Below, piece after piece: positions 29,736-39,134 of a stretch of DNA of 49,432 nucleotides (position 1 is the stretch's first letter; each line of letters opens with the position of its first letter). The notes beneath the pieces are model-generated. The model was not told where the DNA came from and ran no database searches. It was given only the letters and a program-made list of their open reading frames with translations. The DNA lies in the NCBI GenBank assembly GCA_029555085.1, contig JAKPTO010000003.1, positions 1 through 49,432 on the forward strand. The letters run 5' to 3'. Made by a program: the position numbers and the translations under genes. The DNA comes from a bacterium (lineage in GTDB: Bacteria > Patescibacteriota > Patescibacteriia > UBA1558 > S5-K13).

Positions 29736-29764
29736 ATAATATCACAATATTAATATTTTGTCAA
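29736..29764 (-). promoter_or_regulatory. Sigma70-type promoter
   Basis: TTGACA-N17-TATTAT with TG extension on the minus strand. Confidence 0.65.
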
Positions 29765-29817
29765 TCATTTACAAAAAACAAAAAAGTGATCTAATTATAA
29801 TCATTTTTACATATTAA

Positions 29818-30921
29818 TTAATTATAAATCTCTAATGTCTGCTCTGCCATTTTCTCCCAACTATAATTTTTCAACAATTCTTGGGATTTGGCTCTTAGAT
29901 CTTGTTTTAAATCATTATTACCTAAAATCTGACTTAATTTATCATTAAAATCACTTTCATCTTTTGGATTAAAATAAATTGCGCAATCTTTTAATATTTC
30001 TGGCAAACAAGAATAATTACTTGATAATACAACTGCTCCATTTGTCATGGCCTCAAGAGGCGGAAGTCCAAATCCCTCACAAAGCGAAGGAAAAACATAA
30101 ACACTACATCTTTTATATAAAACGCTCAAATTTTCATCATCAACAAATCCTGTAAAAATTATATTTTTAAAATTATTCTGAATTACAAAATTTTTTAGTC
30201 GCTTATAAAAATAATCCTCTTTCCCAACTAATACTAATTCATAATTTTCAAAATTCTTAAATTTATTAAAAGCTGAAATCAAAAATTCTAAATTTTTATG
30301 TGGATAGGCGTTTCCCACATAAAGTAAAAAATCCTTTTTTGTGTTTAAATTCTCTAAAATATTATTATTTTCATTACTATTGACTAGGGCTCGGGAAACG
30401 CCTTCGTAGGTAACAAAAACTTTATCTCCTTTTATCTTAAAAAATTTTACAATATCGAGCTTTGTGAATTCAGACACTGCTATAATTGCTTTTGATCTTT
30501 TTACCGCATGAGAAATTATAATTCTATATAACAAATTTTTTAAAAAATATTTTATTGGCGAAAGAGTTGTTGCTCTAATAGACGGATATCTGGTCAGAAT
30601 TAAATCGTGAATTGTTACAATAAACGGAAACTTTGAAAATATTGGCACATTAAAATGTGGGAAATGCACTAAATCTGGTTTTATTTTATTTAAAACTTTT
30701 GGAATTTCAATTTGTTCCCTTATTCCATACCAAGGAATATCGACTACTACTTTTGTAAAAGATGGATTATTTGAAATATATTTATTTTCATTTTCTTTAT
30801 TTATTAAAATAAAATATTGATTATTGTAATCAATATTTTCCAAATTAAAAATTAATTCACTGACATATCTGCCAATTCCAGTTGCCGTTCCCATAAACCT
30901 AGCGTCAATTGCTATTCTCAT
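29818..30921 (-). CDS. Glycosyltransferase family 4
   Basis: TGIGRY, VTIHDL and FPSLCEGFGLPPLEAM motifs. Confidence 0.93.
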   Translation of the reverse strand: MRIAIDARFMGTATGIGRYVSELIFNLENIDYNNQYFILINKENENKYISNNPSFTKVVVDIPWYGIREQIEIPKVLNKIKPDLVHFPHFNVPIFSKFPFIVTIHDLILTRYPSIRATTLSPIKYFLKNLLYRIIISHAVKRSKAIIAVSEFTKLDIVKFFKIKGDKVFVTYEGVSRALVNSNENNNILENLNTKKDFLLYVGNAYPHKNLEFLISAFNKFKNFENYELVLVGKEDYFYKRLKNFVIQNNFKNIIFTGFVDDENLSVLYKRCSVYVFPSLCEGFGLPPLEAMTNGAVVLSSNYSCLPEILKDCAIYFNPKDESDFNDKLSQILGNNDLKQDLRAKSQELLKNYSWEKMAEQTLEIYN

Positions 30922-30925
30922 AATT

Positions 30926-32068
30926 TTAAAACATTTTTAATAAATCTTCTGCACAAACTCTCCAATTATTATAATAATCTTCACTGATTTTTTTATTTTT
31001 ATAAAAATTATATAATTCTTCATTTTCTAGTAGAGATTTTACGCCGGTATAAAATGATTGAATATTATAAGCTTCACATAGTATTGCGTTTTTCCCCAGA
31101 ACCTCCGGCATTGAAGAGTTATTTGAGGAAACTACTGGCAAATTACATGCAAGAGCTTCAAGTGGTGGCAATCCAAATCCCTCATAAAACGAGGGCCAAA
31201 TAAATATTTTTGCGCTATTATATAATTTTGGCAATTCATCATCATTTATATATCCTAAAAATTTTATTTTGGATTTAATAGGTTCTTTCAATTTATTAAA
31301 AACATAATCGAATTTACGCTTTGCCCAACCAAAATCACCACAAATTACAAGCTCTAAATCATGAAAATCGCACGACAACTTTTCAAAAACACTTAAAACG
31401 CAATCTAAATTTTTTCTTGGTTCAATTGTGCCGACATATAACAAAAAATTATCATTTAAATTATATTTATCTTTAAAATCCTGAATTTCTGAATCTTCCA
31501 ATTTTCTATATATATTGGATATTCCTAGGCGATTTACGACTATTTTTTCTTTCTTTATATTAAAAAAATTTATTAAATCAAATTTTGTATTTTCTGAAAC
31601 ACAAATAATCTTATCTGCTCTTTTTATAAGTTTTTTAGGGCGTACAAAAAAGTGCCACAAATTTCTTTTAAAATCAAAAAAATGTTTAAACATTACAAAG
31701 CTAAGATCATGAATTGTGAGAATGAATCTGGTTTTTTTTGACAAAGCACATGAGGAAATATTTGGCATCCAAAAACAATCCAATTGTATATTTTTTTTCT
31801 TTGAAATTAGTTTATCAATTTTGGGATAATTTAAAAAAAAACTTGTAAAAAGAATAAGTTTACTAGGTATACCAAAATGAATATGGGAAACATTTTTATA
31901 TTTTGAAATATCAAAATTAATATTAATATTTTTTTTACCAAAACTCACAAGATAGTATTCGTTTTCATTATCTATTTCAAAAAGACACTCTAAAACACTT
32001 TTTAGGTATCGGCCAATTCCACTAATATTTTCCTGTCTCAATGGTGTTATATCAATTCCTATTTTCAT
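30926..32068 (-). CDS. Glycosyltransferase family 4
   Basis: SGIGRY, GTIEPRKN and PSFYEGFGLPPLEA motifs. Confidence 0.93.
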   Translation of the reverse strand: MKIGIDITPLRQENISGIGRYLKSVLECLFEIDNENEYYLVSFGKKNININFDISKYKNVSHIHFGIPSKLILFTSFFLNYPKIDKLISKKKNIQLDCFWMPNISSCALSKKTRFILTIHDLSFVMFKHFFDFKRNLWHFFVRPKKLIKRADKIICVSENTKFDLINFFNIKKEKIVVNRLGISNIYRKLEDSEIQDFKDKYNLNDNFLLYVGTIEPRKNLDCVLSVFEKLSCDFHDLELVICGDFGWAKRKFDYVFNKLKEPIKSKIKFLGYINDDELPKLYNSAKIFIWPSFYEGFGLPPLEALACNLPVVSSNNSSMPEVLGKNAILCEAYNIQSFYTGVKSLLENEELYNFYKNKKISEDYYNNWRVCAEDLLKMF

Positions 32069-33158
32069 TCAATTTTTCATTTATGTAATTTGCAATTTCT
32101 GTTTCAAATCTTTCTTTAGAAAAACTCTGTGCATGATTTTTTATAAAATCATGATCAAAGTTCATTTTATTAAAATCTAAAATTGCTTCGGCAAGTGATG
32201 GCCAATTTTGTTCTTCAAAAAATACTCCGGTTTTCCCATCTACCATTGTTTCAAGCGCTCCGCCTTTTTTATATGCAATCACTGGACATCCTGAAGCAAG
32301 CGCCTCAACAAGTGAAATTCCAAAATCCTCTTCTTGTGGATGAATAAATGCTTTAGCTCGAGATAAATATTTAAATTTCTCTTCATCTCCAATCTCTCCT
32401 AAAAATTCTATGTTATTTTTTGCTTTGCTTTTATAATAATTAATATCTCCTCCGCCAATAATTTTTAATGGCAATTTTAATTGATTAAATGCTTGAATCG
32501 CTAAATCAATTTTTTTATACGGTCTAAGACGAGAAACTAAAATATAATAATTTTCTTTTGTATCAGAATAAAAATTTTCAACATCAACTGGTGGATAGAT
32601 AACATGAGATTCTTTGTTATAATATTTTTTAATTCTCTGAGCTATAAATTTTGAATTTGCAATAAAATAATCAACCTCTTGAGCTTTTTTATAATCCCAT
32701 TCTTTCATGTTTTCTAAAATATTTATAAGTATTGATCTCAAAAATCCCGGGACTCTCAATCCATCAACATATTCCTCCATATCGCTCCATAAATATCTTG
32801 TCGGTGTATGACAATAACAAAAATGCGTAGCGTTTTTTGGTTTTACTATTCCCTTTGCAAAAGCAGAGGCAGAAGAAAGAATTACATCATATTCGCTAAA
32901 ATCAAAACTCTCCCATGCTTTTGGCATGAGAGTTAAAAATAACTTAAAGAGCTTTGTTGATAAAGGAATTTTCTGAATATATGAAGTTCTAATATCACAA
33001 CCACTCAAAAATTCTCTACTTCTTTTATTGCAAATTAGTGTATAAATTGGACTTTTTGGATAAATTTTATGAAATTCCAAAAGCACTCTTTCTGCTCCAC
33101 CAATTTGAAATAAATGATCATGAGTTATTGCTAGTTTCCTATCTTTCATATCAAGCAT
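32052..33158 (-). CDS. Glycosyltransferase family 4
   Basis: GGAERV, YCHTPTRYLW and EEDFGISLVEA motifs. Start uncertain (33149, 33158 or 33185). Confidence 0.92.
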   Translation of the reverse strand: MLDMKDRKLAITHDHLFQIGGAERVLLEFHKIYPKSPIYTLICNKRSREFLSGCDIRTSYIQKIPLSTKLFKLFLTLMPKAWESFDFSEYDVILSSASAFAKGIVKPKNATHFCYCHTPTRYLWSDMEEYVDGLRVPGFLRSILINILENMKEWDYKKAQEVDYFIANSKFIAQRIKKYYNKESHVIYPPVDVENFYSDTKENYYILVSRLRPYKKIDLAIQAFNQLKLPLKIIGGGDINYYKSKAKNNIEFLGEIGDEEKFKYLSRAKAFIHPQEEDFGISLVEALASGCPVIAYKKGGALETMVDGKTGVFFEEQNWPSLAEAILDFNKMNFDHDFIKNHAQSFSKERFETEIANYINEKLNENRN

Positions 33159-33229
33159 TATAAAAAATATAACAACATTAGTCAAACAAAAAATAGACGA
33201 AAAAAATCTTTCTAGTAAAATTTTTTTAT

Positions 33230-34612
33230 TTAAACAGCTTCTTTTTTAAACAAAACTCTTATTGTTTTAAGAAGTATTCTAAGATCAAGCATTAAACTCC
33301 AATTTTCTATATAATAAACATCCAATCTCACCTCATCCTCAAATTTTAAATTAGACCTGCCTGAAACTTGTGCCATTCCCGTAATCCCTGGTTTTATTAC
33401 AAGTAATTGCATTTGCTCATCTTTGTACTGAGCTACCTCACGAGGCTCATGAGCACGAGGCCCAACTAAACTCATTTGTCCCATTAAAACATTTAAAATT
33501 TGTGGTATTTCATCAATCGAAGTGCGTCTTAAAAACTTACCAACTCGAGTAATTCTAGGATCGTTTTTCATTTTAAACAATGGGCCATCATTTCTTTCGT
33601 TGAATTTTATAAGTTCATCTTTCATTTTCTCAGCATTAACCACCATTGATCTAAACTTATACATTTTAAATTCTTTATTTCTCACTCCAATTCTTGTAAG
33701 TTTCACAAGTATCGGCCCACGAGAATCAAGTTTTATAATAATTCCAATAATTATATAGATGGGAATAAAAAATATTAATCCTATAATTGCAAGACTCAAA
33801 TCAAAAACTCTTTTCCAAATTCTTCCCCAGCCCTGAAGTCTAGTTCTTTTTATTTCTACAATTGGAATTCCTGCAACATCATCTACTTCAAAATTAATTA
33901 CTCTTGTTTCAAGTAATGATGCTGTATATTTATAAACAATGTGTTTTACATTACATAAATTAATAATGGAAGAGACAAAATCTTTTTCAGCGTATGGATC
34001 TGTTAAGATTATTTCATCTATTTCATTATTTGAAATATAATTTTCAATTTCATAAATAGTATTTTCATTTATCGAAAATTGCTTTACAACTTCATATCCG
34101 TAAGTTTTATCAGTTTCAAATTTCGCTTTTAGAATTTCCGTATTTTCATTATTTCCAACGAGAATAATTTTTGTCTTTATGATTCCCTTTTTTGCTAAAA
34201 TTCTTCTTGTAATATCAAGTGCTATTCTTTCAACCAATAACAATATCATTCCTATAATCCAATAAATTACCACTATAAATCTTGAAGAAAATAATCTCTG
34301 TTCAAAGAAAAAGGCAATTACAAGTATTAAAATAAAAGTTGAACAAGCGGAAAAAACTTTCGTAAACTTTTGATAAACTGTTCTTTTTTCAAAACTATAA
34401 AGTCCTGAAATCATGAAAACAATAATTGCAACAAATGAAGTTCCGACCAATATTTGTAAAAATAAAAAAAACGGTAATTCAAAAATTACCGGCCTGTATT
34501 TTGTTACAAATTCTGCAAATCTCAAATAATAAGCAATTATACCCGATACAATAAGTAAAATAAAATCAAGTGGAATTTCTATTACATTTAAAAAGAGTTT
34601 ATTTTTTACCAT
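33230..34612 (-). CDS. Polyprenyl-phosphate glycosylphosphotransferase (WcaJ/WbaP-like initiating sugar transferase)
   Basis: KRVFDL, KFRSM, DPRITRVGKFLRRTSIDEIPQ, KPGITGMAQV and YYIENWS motifs. Confidence 0.95.
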   Translation of the reverse strand: MVKNKLFLNVIEIPLDFILLIVSGIIAYYLRFAEFVTKYRPVIFELPFFLFLQILVGTSFVAIIVFMISGLYSFEKRTVYQKFTKVFSACSTFILILVIAFFFEQRLFSSRFIVVIYWIIGMILLLVERIALDITRRILAKKGIIKTKIILVGNNENTEILKAKFETDKTYGYEVVKQFSINENTIYEIENYISNNEIDEIILTDPYAEKDFVSSIINLCNVKHIVYKYTASLLETRVINFEVDDVAGIPIVEIKRTRLQGWGRIWKRVFDLSLAIIGLIFFIPIYIIIGIIIKLDSRGPILVKLTRIGVRNKEFKMYKFRSMVVNAEKMKDELIKFNERNDGPLFKMKNDPRITRVGKFLRRTSIDEIPQILNVLMGQMSLVGPRAHEPREVAQYKDEQMQLLVIKPGITGMAQVSGRSNLKFEDEVRLDVYYIENWSLMLDLRILLKTIRVLFKKEAV

Positions 34613-34633
34613 AAACTAAATATAATAAATTTT

Positions 34634-35020
34634 GCTAAATTAGTTATAAGCCGAATTCTGTTTCCTCCAAAGGAGGCGATGATCATCTATCTTGTCTATT
34701 TATCACTAAATAGATCTAGCAACTTACCACTCCCGCGAATGGGATTTCTTAGTTTTGCACCGAATAGAGTTTACCTCTTCTCTATTGTCACCAATAGAGC
34801 GTCTGAGCTAATTATCTCAGAATTTCACCCTTAGATAATCAAATTAGTTAAGCTAATCAGATTATCAGGAATTTTTTCTGTTGCACTTGTCCTCTTTTAA
34901 AATCACTTTTAAAAGGGTTGCTGTTAGCAACTATTCCTAAGTTATAAAACTTAGCAAAATGGTGTTCGGACTTTCCTCGATAAACCATAATAGTCTATCG
35001 CGATCATCCACTAATCTAGC
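34634..35020 (-). ncRNA. rnpB: RNase P RNA
   Basis: Minus strand has GAGGAAAGTCC near the 5' end and ACAGAATTCGGCTTAT near the 3' end (P4). The termini GCTAGATTAGT/ACTAATTTAGC pair as P1. Confidence 0.95.
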
Positions 35021-35028
35021 TTATATAT

Positions 35029-35055
35029 ATTATAACAATTATTTAATTTTGTCAA
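35029..35055 (-). promoter_or_regulatory. Promoter for rnpB
   Basis: TTGACA-N15-TATAAT with TG extension, 8 nt upstream of P1. Confidence 0.6.
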
Positions 35056-35065
35056 ATAAAAAGGT

Positions 35066-36004
35066 TTATTTTCCCCTAGCAAGTTCTTTAAAGAAATTCA
35101 AAACATTATCATTTTCATACCAAGATCTCTTTTTCGAATCGCTTAAAATGTTCTCCCTAAAAGATTTCATTTCTTCTTGATCATTTAAATCTTTGAAAAA
35201 ATCTAGAATTCTTTCATACTCTCTTGCCACATCTTTTTGATTTACACTATTTGCATATTCAACAAAATATTCTAATTGCAATATTATTTGATCTATAATA
35301 ATTAAACGAAATGGATGATTGATAAGTTTTTCATTACTTCCTTTTTCATTATTCATTGTGGCTCTCCACAATCTTATTACGCTTTCTAAATTAATCATAT
35401 CAATCCCTATAATAAGCTTTGGAATATTTTCTAAAGATAATTTATCTGAATTCTCTGACTTAAAGTATTTCACATTTGCTAGTCTTCCATTTGTAATATC
35501 CCTTTTGATTGTGTTTATCTTTTTTGTTAATGCATCTGTATTAGAAGTAAGTGTCGCGTCATAAGCCAATGCTAAATGTTTATATTCATCTGATTCTTCT
35601 GGTAATAACTCCATCACGGTATCAACCTTATTATGATAATCATCATACTTACAAGTACTAATTGTATGCACATTCATACCAAGTATTAAATTTTGCTCTA
35701 TTTGATTATACAAAAGAGCCTCTAAAATTGTACCTATTTTTTTATTTTTTTTTGCTAAATCACTATTCGATTGATCAAAATCTTTTTCAAGGGCTTGTAC
35801 ATATTTTTTATCTTCATTTATTTGACTCTGTTCATATATAGTCAAAAAAGCTGGATCATCCATATCTATTGTATCAATCCCGAGCTGCTCAAGTGCAATT
35901 TTATAACATTCTTCTAAATATTCTGGATTTCTAAATGTTTCGTTGCTACGCTTAACCCTCTCTGCTTCTTTTAAGAGTCTATTTACACTACTTTCAAATG
36001 TCAT
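35066..36004 (-). CDS. Hypothetical protein, possibly PD-(D/E)xK-like
   Basis: Long open frame with LEALL...DDYHNKVD...LAYDAT pattern. Start taken at MTFESS (36004). Confidence 0.6.
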   Translation of the reverse strand: MTFESSVNRLLKEAERVKRSNETFRNPEYLEECYKIALEQLGIDTIDMDDPAFLTIYEQSQINEDKKYVQALEKDFDQSNSDLAKKNKKIGTILEALLYNQIEQNLILGMNVHTISTCKYDDYHNKVDTVMELLPEESDEYKHLALAYDATLTSNTDALTKKINTIKRDITNGRLANVKYFKSENSDKLSLENIPKLIIGIDMINLESVIRLWRATMNNEKGSNEKLINHPFRLIIIDQIILQLEYFVEYANSVNQKDVAREYERILDFFKDLNDQEEMKSFRENILSDSKKRSWYENDNVLNFFKELARGK

Positions 36005-36073
36005 ATTATTTTTATTAATTATAAATATTATTATTAATATACTATATAAATTAATTATAGGCAAAATTAAGTA

Positions 36074-36101
36074 TTGACAAAAATAAATGGTATGCTATAA
36101 T
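36074..36101 (+). promoter_or_regulatory. Sigma70-type promoter
   Basis: TTGACA-N16-TATAAT with TG extension. Confidence 0.75.
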
Positions 36102-36133
36102 ATGAGTTCCTAAAAATTCTAAAGGGGGAAAAT

Positions 36134-36415
36134 ATGATATTTATCAAAAATCCACTGGAAAAAAAATTGGTTATGAATTTTATGGATGACTCGTGGATTA
36201 AAAAGCTTTTAATTTGGATTATAAATCACAGGGGCGATCTAGAGATTCATATTGACTGGGGATGGGAATATAAAACAATCAAACCCACCCTATCAAATCC
36301 AATAAGAATAATTGGATTAAAAAATTCAACAATGATTTTCTGGGATGAATTTTTGTGTCTCAACAAAAACGACAACCCAATTAAATTCATTAAAGAGTTA
36401 GTGAAGGATTTATAG
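36134..36415 (+). CDS. Orphan hypothetical protein (93 aa)
   Basis: Preceded by a promoter and AAGGGGG SD-like sequence; followed by a hairpin. Confidence 0.65.
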   Translation: MIFIKNPLEKKLVMNFMDDSWIKKLLIWIINHRGDLEIHIDWGWEYKTIKPTLSNPIRIIGLKNSTMIFWDEFLCLNKNDNPIKFIKELVKDL

Positions 36416-36453
36416 AGCTAGGATTCTAAAAAGAATTTCAGCTCTATTTTTTT
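36414..36453 (+). terminator. Terminator-like hairpin between convergent genes
   Basis: AGAGCT-a-GGATTCT-aaaa-AGAATTT-c-AGCTCT followed by a T-run. Confidence 0.55.
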
Positions 36454-37535
36454 ATAGAATTAAAAACTTCAATTGTTTTTCTCGCTGTATTTTCCCATGT
36501 ATAATTATCTAAAATCTGATAATTTTTTTCAACTAAATAATTTCTAAACTCTTTATCCACTAATATTTTCATGGCCTTTTTTATAGCGTCTTTTGAAAAA
36601 TCTTGAGTGTAACAATTTTCATCTAAACCTATTTCTCTGAAAACTTCTATATCAGAAATCAAAAGTGGGACTTTTGAAATCACTGCCTCAAGTATTGTCA
36701 TTCCAAATCCTTCAAAATTTGAAAAGTTCAAATACAAAGAGCAGTTTTTGAGAATTTGAATTTTCTCTTCTTCATTTACATAACCCAAAATTTTTATATT
36801 ATCTTTAAACCTTGAATTATCGATTCTTAATTTTATTTTATCATACCCATATCCAAACTTGCCAATTAAAACCAATTCATAATCTGTGCCAAATTCATTG
36901 CAATAATTTTCATAAAAATCTATAAGACCAACTATATTTTTCTTTGTTTCTAATCTTCCGATATATACAAAATATTTTTTTAAATTAAATTTTTCCAATA
37001 CTCCTCTATCTTCGATTATATTATATTTTTCAAAATCAATTCCATGCTCAATAACTTTAACTTTATTTTCATCAATTTTATAAAATTTTACTATGTCCTT
37101 TTTTGTAAATTCCGATGGAGAAATTATAATATCTGCTTTTTTTAATTTTTTTGCGCCTAATTTAAGTGATAATAATTGTAATTTTGAATAATATTTCGGG
37201 TAATACTCATAACCCAAATCGTGCCATGTAATAATTTTTTTGAATTTACATGCTGGTAAATTATGAGCTGGGGAAAAAAATAAATCTAAATTATATTTTT
37301 TAATTCCTGAACTTAATTTTATAATTGTCCAAAATTTTTTTATTGGCCAATTTAAAATAACATTTTCTACATTTTCAAATTTAGTAAATTCTTCGCTTAA
37401 TTTCTCCCTGGAAAATAAAAAATATTGATTTTCTCTATCAATATTTAAAATATTTTTAACAACATAATAAGAATACCACTCCGTGCCAGTTTTCTCTTTT
37501 ATTTCAATTCTTGAACAATCAATTCCAATATTCAT
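36444..37535 (-). CDS. Glycosyltransferase family 4
   Basis: MNIGID, TGTEWY, GRLETKKN and EGFGMTILEA motifs. Confidence 0.92.
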   Translation of the reverse strand: MNIGIDCSRIEIKEKTGTEWYSYYVVKNILNIDRENQYFLFSREKLSEEFTKFENVENVILNWPIKKFWTIIKLSSGIKKYNLDLFFSPAHNLPACKFKKIITWHDLGYEYYPKYYSKLQLLSLKLGAKKLKKADIIISPSEFTKKDIVKFYKIDENKVKVIEHGIDFEKYNIIEDRGVLEKFNLKKYFVYIGRLETKKNIVGLIDFYENYCNEFGTDYELVLIGKFGYGYDKIKLRIDNSRFKDNIKILGYVNEEEKIQILKNCSLYLNFSNFEGFGMTILEAVISKVPLLISDIEVFREIGLDENCYTQDFSKDAIKKAMKILVDKEFRNYLVEKNYQILDNYTWENTARKTIEVFNSIKK

Positions 37536-37595
37536 AATTTTAGCCAACTTTGGACTGTTAGTTTTTAGTTTCCAAAAATTAATTACTAAAAAATA

Positions 37596-38609
37596 CTACT
37601 TCGAGGATAATAAGCTTCTCTTATATGATTCTAAATTTTCAAGTGCGATTCCAGTTCCTTTTGCTACACAAAGATATGGATGATCAGATACATATGTTGG
37701 AACTCCTGTTGTCTGAGTAAATAATTTATCAAGATTTCTAAGCTGAGCCGTGCCTCCAGACAAAATCATTCCTTTATCCATTACATCAGCGGATAATTCC
37801 GGAGGAGTATCAAATAAAACTGATTTTATTGCTGAAATAATACCGTAAATATCATTTTGCAATGCTTCTGTTATATCATCTGATGTTATTCTTAAAATTC
37901 TTGGAAGTCCGGTTATCATATCTCTACCTTTTATTTGCATGCTCATTTTCTCTTTATCATCTAGAAATAAAGCTGAACCAATTTTAATCTTTGATTGTTC
38001 TGATGTTGATTCACCTATTGCTAATCCATATTTTTTCTTTATGTGCTCCATTATAGCTAAATCAAATCTAGTACCACCAATTCTAACAGATTTACAAGTT
38101 ACTATTCCACCAAGCGATATAACGGCTATTTCTGTTGTACCACCACCAAGTTCAACTATCATATGTCCTGAAGCTGATCCAATTGGAATTTCCGCACCTA
38201 TCGCGGCTGAGAGTGGTTGTTTAATTATATAAGCAGCTTTTGCTCCAGCAGAAATTGTAGCGCCGATAACAGCCCTTCTTTCTGTTGAAGTAATCCCAGC
38301 TGGAACAGATATCATAATTTCAGGTCTAAATATTTTAATTCCCGAAAGCGCTTTGTTGATAAAATATCTCAACATACTCTCGGTGGTTTTATAATCAGCT
38401 ATAACTCCATCTTTCAATGGTCTGTATGCCATTATAGAATCTGGGGTTCGACCAATCATTTCCTTGGCTTCATTTCCAACAGCCAGTACTTTTTTGTCTA
38501 TTGTTGAAATAGCAACAACAGAAGGTTCATTTATTATAATTCCCTTTTTTGGTACATAAACTAATGTTGTTGTTGTACCAAGATCTATTGCAATTTTTTT
38601 TCTAAACAT
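37596..38609 (-). CDS. mreB: Rod shape-determining protein MreB/Mbl paralog 2
   Basis: IDLGT, EPSVVA, RPLKDGVIAD, TERRAV and TPPELSAD motifs. Confidence 0.95.
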   Translation of the reverse strand: MFRKKIAIDLGTTTTLVYVPKKGIIINEPSVVAISTIDKKVLAVGNEAKEMIGRTPDSIMAYRPLKDGVIADYKTTESMLRYFINKALSGIKIFRPEIMISVPAGITSTERRAVIGATISAGAKAAYIIKQPLSAAIGAEIPIGSASGHMIVELGGGTTEIAVISLGGIVTCKSVRIGGTRFDLAIMEHIKKKYGLAIGESTSEQSKIKIGSALFLDDKEKMSMQIKGRDMITGLPRILRITSDDITEALQNDIYGIISAIKSVLFDTPPELSADVMDKGMILSGGTAQLRNLDKLFTQTTGVPTYVSDHPYLCVAKGTGIALENLESYKRSLLSSK

Positions 38610-39088
38610 TATTTTATATCTAAAATTTTACACTTTATTATGCCCCTTGGAACATCTACTTCAAACTCATCTCCTTTGGATTTTCCCACAAACGATTTAC
38701 CAAGTGGAGAATTATAAGAAATTAATCCTTTTAGTGGATCGCTATCAGTGGCTCCGACAATTTCAAACTCCTTTCTCTCTCCATCAAAATCAACAACGAT
38801 TTTTGATCCAATACCAATAGCATCACCCCTTGAAGAGACTGATGTGTCTACGACACTAGATGTTTTAAAAAGATGCTCAATTTCTAAAATTCTGCCCTCT
38901 ATAAAAGCTTGTTCTTCCTTTGCATCTTGATATTCTGCATTTTCAGATAAATCCCCAAATTCTCTTGCTTTATCTATTCTTTTTGCCACTTCCAATCTTT
39001 TCGTCTTTTTTAAATATTCAAGCTCTTCTTTTAATTTTTTATATCCATCTTCTGTTAGAAAACTTTTATTTACCATAAATTTGTTCAT
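38609..39088 (-). CDS. greA: Transcription elongation factor GreA
   Basis: GDLSENAEY and ISYNSPLG motifs. Confidence 0.97.
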   Translation of the reverse strand: MNKFMVNKSFLTEDGYKKLKEELEYLKKTKRLEVAKRIDKAREFGDLSENAEYQDAKEEQAFIEGRILEIEHLFKTSSVVDTSVSSRGDAIGIGSKIVVDFDGERKEFEIVGATDSDPLKGLISYNSPLGKSFVGKSKGDEFEVDVPRGIIKCKILDIK

Positions 39089-39134
39089 TTTAATAGAAAA
39101 ACTAGACAGCGCAAAAGCTCCCTATCACAATTAT

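Noticed and set aside
34959-35180. 73-aa + strand ORF
   Set aside because: Antisense to the 5' end of rnpB and to the adjacent gene.
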